From Clostridia bacterium (GTDB lineage: Bacteria; Bacillota; Clostridia; Oscillospirales; CAG-272), in assembly GCA_017444735.1 (NCBI GenBank), contig JAFSWB010000075.1, positions 1-62,857 on the forward strand: a stretch of 62,857 nucleotides of DNA. The letters are read 5' to 3'. The notes under the pieces are model-generated. The model made no database searches and was not told the origin of the DNA. It worked only from the letters and a program-made list of their open reading frames with translations. The stretch's first letter is position 1; every line of letters starts with the position of its first letter. A program made the position numbers and the translations under genes. Positions 60,203 to 62,857 of this stretch are shown here, piece by piece.

Positions 60203-62497
60203 ATGACCAAACAAAAATTTTCGGTGTCGGGAATGAGCTGTTCCGCCTGCTCCGCCGCCGTGACGCGCGCCGTCGAGGCGGTCGCGGGGACGAAGGAGAC
60301 GACGGTATCGCTTCTGACCGGTTCCATGGTCGTCGTTTACGACGAGAAAACCGTTTCGGCGGAAGAGATTTGTCGGGCGGTCGACCGCGCGGGTTACTCG
60401 GCGTCGGTCGGCGCGCCGAGGACGAAGGACGGCGGCGGGGACGCCGAATGGAAAAAGAAGAAAACGGGGCTCGCGGTGTCGGCGGCGCTCTGCGTCGTCC
60501 TGATGTACTTCACGATGGGCCATATGATCGGGCTTCCCGTGCCGCCGTTCGCGGACCCTCACGGGACGGGGTGGGAACCGGCGGTCTTCGCGGCGATCCA
60601 GTTCGTCCTTGCGACGCCGATCCTCATAATCAACCGCCGCTATTTCATCGACGGGATGAGATCCGCGTTCCGCGGCTCGGCGAATATGAACACGCTGATC
60701 GCCACGGGCGCAGGCGCGTCGTATATCTACGCCGTCTATATAACCGTCCGCATCTTCGCCGCGGCGGCGGCGGGCGGGGCGGCGCACGAGCTGACGGGCC
60801 AGCTTTACTATGAATCCGCCGCCATGATCCCCGTTCTGATCTCCCTCGGGAAGACGCTCGAGGGACGGGAGAACAGAAAGACGGCGGGCGCGATCTCCGC
60901 GCTTTTGTCCATGACGCCTGAGACCGCCGAGACGGAAAAGGACGGCGAGACCGTCACCGTGTCCGCCGATCTGCTCGAACGGGGCGACATCGTCGTCCTG
61001 CGGGCGGGCGGACGCGTTCCGTGCGACGGAGTGATGATATCCGGGTCCGGAACGGTCGACGAGAGCATCGTTACGGGCGAGAGCGCGCCGATCGACAAGG
61101 AGGCGGGAGACCGGCTCGTCGCCGGATCGCTTTTCGTGTCGGGATTCTGCCGCATGGAGGCGACGGAAACCGGCGAGGAGACGACGGTCGCGAAGATCGC
61201 GTCGCTCGTCGAGGAGGCCGCCGCCTCGCGCGCCCCGGTCGGGAAGCTCGCCGACCGGATAAGCGGCGTGTTCGTTCCCGTCGTCGTCGCGATCGCCGCC
61301 TTGACGTTCGCCGTGTGGATGCTGACGGGTCATTCGTTCCACGCCGCGCTCGGGTACGGGATATGCGTTCTCGTGATATCGTGCCCGTGCGCTCTCGGCC
61401 TCGCCACGCCGACCGCCGTAATGTGCGGCGTCGGAAAGGGGGCGAAGCTCGGGATACTGATAAAGTCCGCCGACGCGCTCGAAACGCTCGGCAAGGCGGA
61501 CGTCGTTCTGACGGACAAGACGGGGACGCTCACGGAGGGCGAGATGGAGGTCACCGACGTCGTCCCCGCGGAGGGGAAGACGGAGGCGGAGGTCCTCGGG
61601 ATCGCCGCCGCTCTCGAATCGTCGAGCGAGCACCCGATCGGAAAAGCGATCTGCCGCCGCGCCGCGGCGGACGGGATCGCGATCCCGTCGGCGGAGGACT
61701 TCTCCGCCGAGGTCGGCGGCGGGATACGCGCCTCGGTCGGCGGAGTCGTCTATAAGCTCGGAAGCGTCGGATTTTCCGGCGGCGCGGGCGGACTCTCCGC
61801 GAAGGCCGACGAGCTCGCCGCGGCGGGCAAGACGCCCGTCGTCCTGACGGACGGCGAAGCCGTCGCGGGGATGATCGCGGTGCGCGACAGGATAAAGGAG
61901 ACGAGCCGCGACGCCGTCGGCGCCTTCCGCGCTCTCGGGTGCGACGTCGTCATGCTGACCGGAGACAATAAAATCACCGCCGAGGCGATCGGCGGCGAGC
62001 TCGGGATAGATAAGGACCACGTGATCTCCTCCGTCAGGCCGGAGGAGAAGGACCGCGTCGTCTCGTCGGTAATGAGCGGCGAGCGCGCGGGCGACGGCGT
62101 GCGCCGCGTCGCGGTGATGATCGGCGACGGCGTGAACGACTCGCCGTCCCTTTCGAGAGCTGACGTCGGAGTCGCCGTCGGAGCGGGAACGGACGTCGCG
62201 ATCGAATCGGCCGACGTCGTCCTGACGAAGAACAGCCTCCGTGACGGCGCGCGGGCGATCCTGCTCAGCCGCGCCGTGATGAGGTGCGTCAGGCAGAACC
62301 TGACGTGGGCGTTCTTCTATAACGTGCTTCTCATTCCGGTCGCGGCGGGCGCGCTCTCGCCGTTCGGAGTGACCCTGACGCCGATGATCTCGGCGGCGGC
62401 GATGTCCGTGTCGAGCCTCACGGTCGTGACGAACGCTCTGCGGCTGACGCGGTGGGACCCCGAAAAAGCCGAAAAGAAATATTCCGTAAAGAAATAA
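60203..62497 (+). CDS. copA: copper-translocating P1B-type ATPase
   Basis: 764 aa. N-terminal HMA GMSCSAC, TGES, CPC, DKTGTLT, GDGVNDSP. Confidence 0.95.
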   Translation: MTKQKFSVSGMSCSACSAAVTRAVEAVAGTKETTVSLLTGSMVVVYDEKTVSAEEICRAVDRAGYSASVGAPRTKDGGGDAEWKKKKTGLAVSAALCVVLMYFTMGHMIGLPVPPFADPHGTGWEPAVFAAIQFVLATPILIINRRYFIDGMRSAFRGSANMNTLIATGAGASYIYAVYITVRIFAAAAAGGAAHELTGQLYYESAAMIPVLISLGKTLEGRENRKTAGAISALLSMTPETAETEKDGETVTVSADLLERGDIVVLRAGGRVPCDGVMISGSGTVDESIVTGESAPIDKEAGDRLVAGSLFVSGFCRMEATETGEETTVAKIASLVEEAAASRAPVGKLADRISGVFVPVVVAIAALTFAVWMLTGHSFHAALGYGICVLVISCPCALGLATPTAVMCGVGKGAKLGILIKSADALETLGKADVVLTDKTGTLTEGEMEVTDVVPAEGKTEAEVLGIAAALESSSEHPIGKAICRRAAADGIAIPSAEDFSAEVGGGIRASVGGVVYKLGSVGFSGGAGGLSAKADELAAAGKTPVVLTDGEAVAGMIAVRDRIKETSRDAVGAFRALGCDVVMLTGDNKITAEAIGGELGIDKDHVISSVRPEEKDRVVSSVMSGERAGDGVRRVAVMIGDGVNDSPSLSRADVGVAVGAGTDVAIESADVVLTKNSLRDGARAILLSRAVMRCVRQNLTWAFFYNVLLIPVAAGALSPFGVTLTPMISAAAMSVSSLTVVTNALRLTRWDPEKAEKKYSVKK

Positions 62498-62509
62498 AGG
62501 AGGATAAAA

Positions 62510-62725
62510 ATGTTCGGAAAGAAAAAGGAGATCACGCTCTCGATAGAGGGGATGCGCTGCGAGAGATGCGCGGCGCGGGTAAAAGACGCTTTTGAGAAGA
62601 TCGGATGCCGCGCGGCGGTGTCGCTCGGGGACGGGACCGCGAAGGTCAGGTGTCCCGCGGACCTCCCGGAGGAGACTCTGACCGGGGCGGTCGAGGCGCT
62701 GGGATTCACGGCGCGGGTAGGGTAA
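62510..62725 (+). CDS. copZ: heavy-metal-associated domain copper chaperone
   Basis: 71 aa with GMRCERC. Confidence 0.88.
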   Translation: MFGKKKEITLSIEGMRCERCAARVKDAFEKIGCRAAVSLGDGTAKVRCPADLPEETLTGAVEALGFTARVG

Positions 62726-62857
62726 CAGAAGTTACCCGAACCCGCCCGAAGCGGCGCCTTTACGGCATCTTTTCGTTTCTCGTTCTTGCCTTGCGATAGC
62801 AAGGCGGCGTCCTCGGCGCGAAAATCTGCTCGTAAAATCATCCGTTTCGGGTCGAAG

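Noticed and set aside
62726-62857. Tail of the window after copZ, including the GCCTTGC-GATA-GCAAGGC hairpin and the 174-aa minus-strand ORF 62317..62841.
   Set aside because: The ORF is antisense to copA/copZ and low-complexity. The hairpin has no T-run, and too little sequence remains to interpret it.

Overview
High-GC, Firmicutes/Clostridia-like chromosomal window. It opens with the replication-origin gene block dnaA-dnaN-DUF370-gyrB-gyrA. recF is absent from that block, and no rpmH lies in the 507 nt upstream. The window closes with a copA-copZ copper-efflux pair. I support 51 CDS and one tRNA(CAT). There are no rRNA genes, CRISPR arrays, transposases or integrases.

Main gene content:
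- A 1542-aa SLH / GH42-like / BspA-LRR surface protein.
- A Phd-Doc toxin-antitoxin pair and a BlaI-BlaR1-like pair.
- A long minus-strand operon: TIGR03960 radical SAM, ireB, ribF, D-Ala-D-Ala carboxypeptidase, a solitary type IIA topoisomerase B subunit, and two SGNH hydrolase paralogs.
- A degenerate P-type-ATPase-like membrane protein.
- rlmB, followed by a plus-strand cluster: tmk, mini-RNase III, a MIF-family tautomerase, a flavin reductase and a PIG-L deacetylase.
- A redox/metal islet: marR, gpx, CDF, wHTH, MBL-rubredoxin and flavodoxin.
- An ECF sigma / anti-sigma pair and a transaldolase.
- A 13-kb arginine supraoperon, argG-H-C-J-B-D-F-carA-carB.

Most unusual observations:
1. A tightly coupled three-gene operon with its own promoter: a lipoprotein, a 137-aa protein with three VYAGPD repeats plus a zinc ribbon, and a radical SAM/SPASM enzyme. 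It looks like an uncharacterised peptide or protein modification system.
2. An array of four hairpins with covarying stems, an invariant GAA loop and an invariant ATATAAC spacer. It sits next to a tRNA whose 3' end and terminator are duplicated.
3. A 141-bp palindromic repeat present as near-identical inverted copies that flank the 37-kb origin-proximal segment.
4. CarB fused in frame to a DapF-like domain that lacks one catalytic Cys.
5. Two thirds of the genes point against the direction expected for a fork leaving the dnaA-side origin.

All functional calls come from motif recognition by eye. No database search was run.
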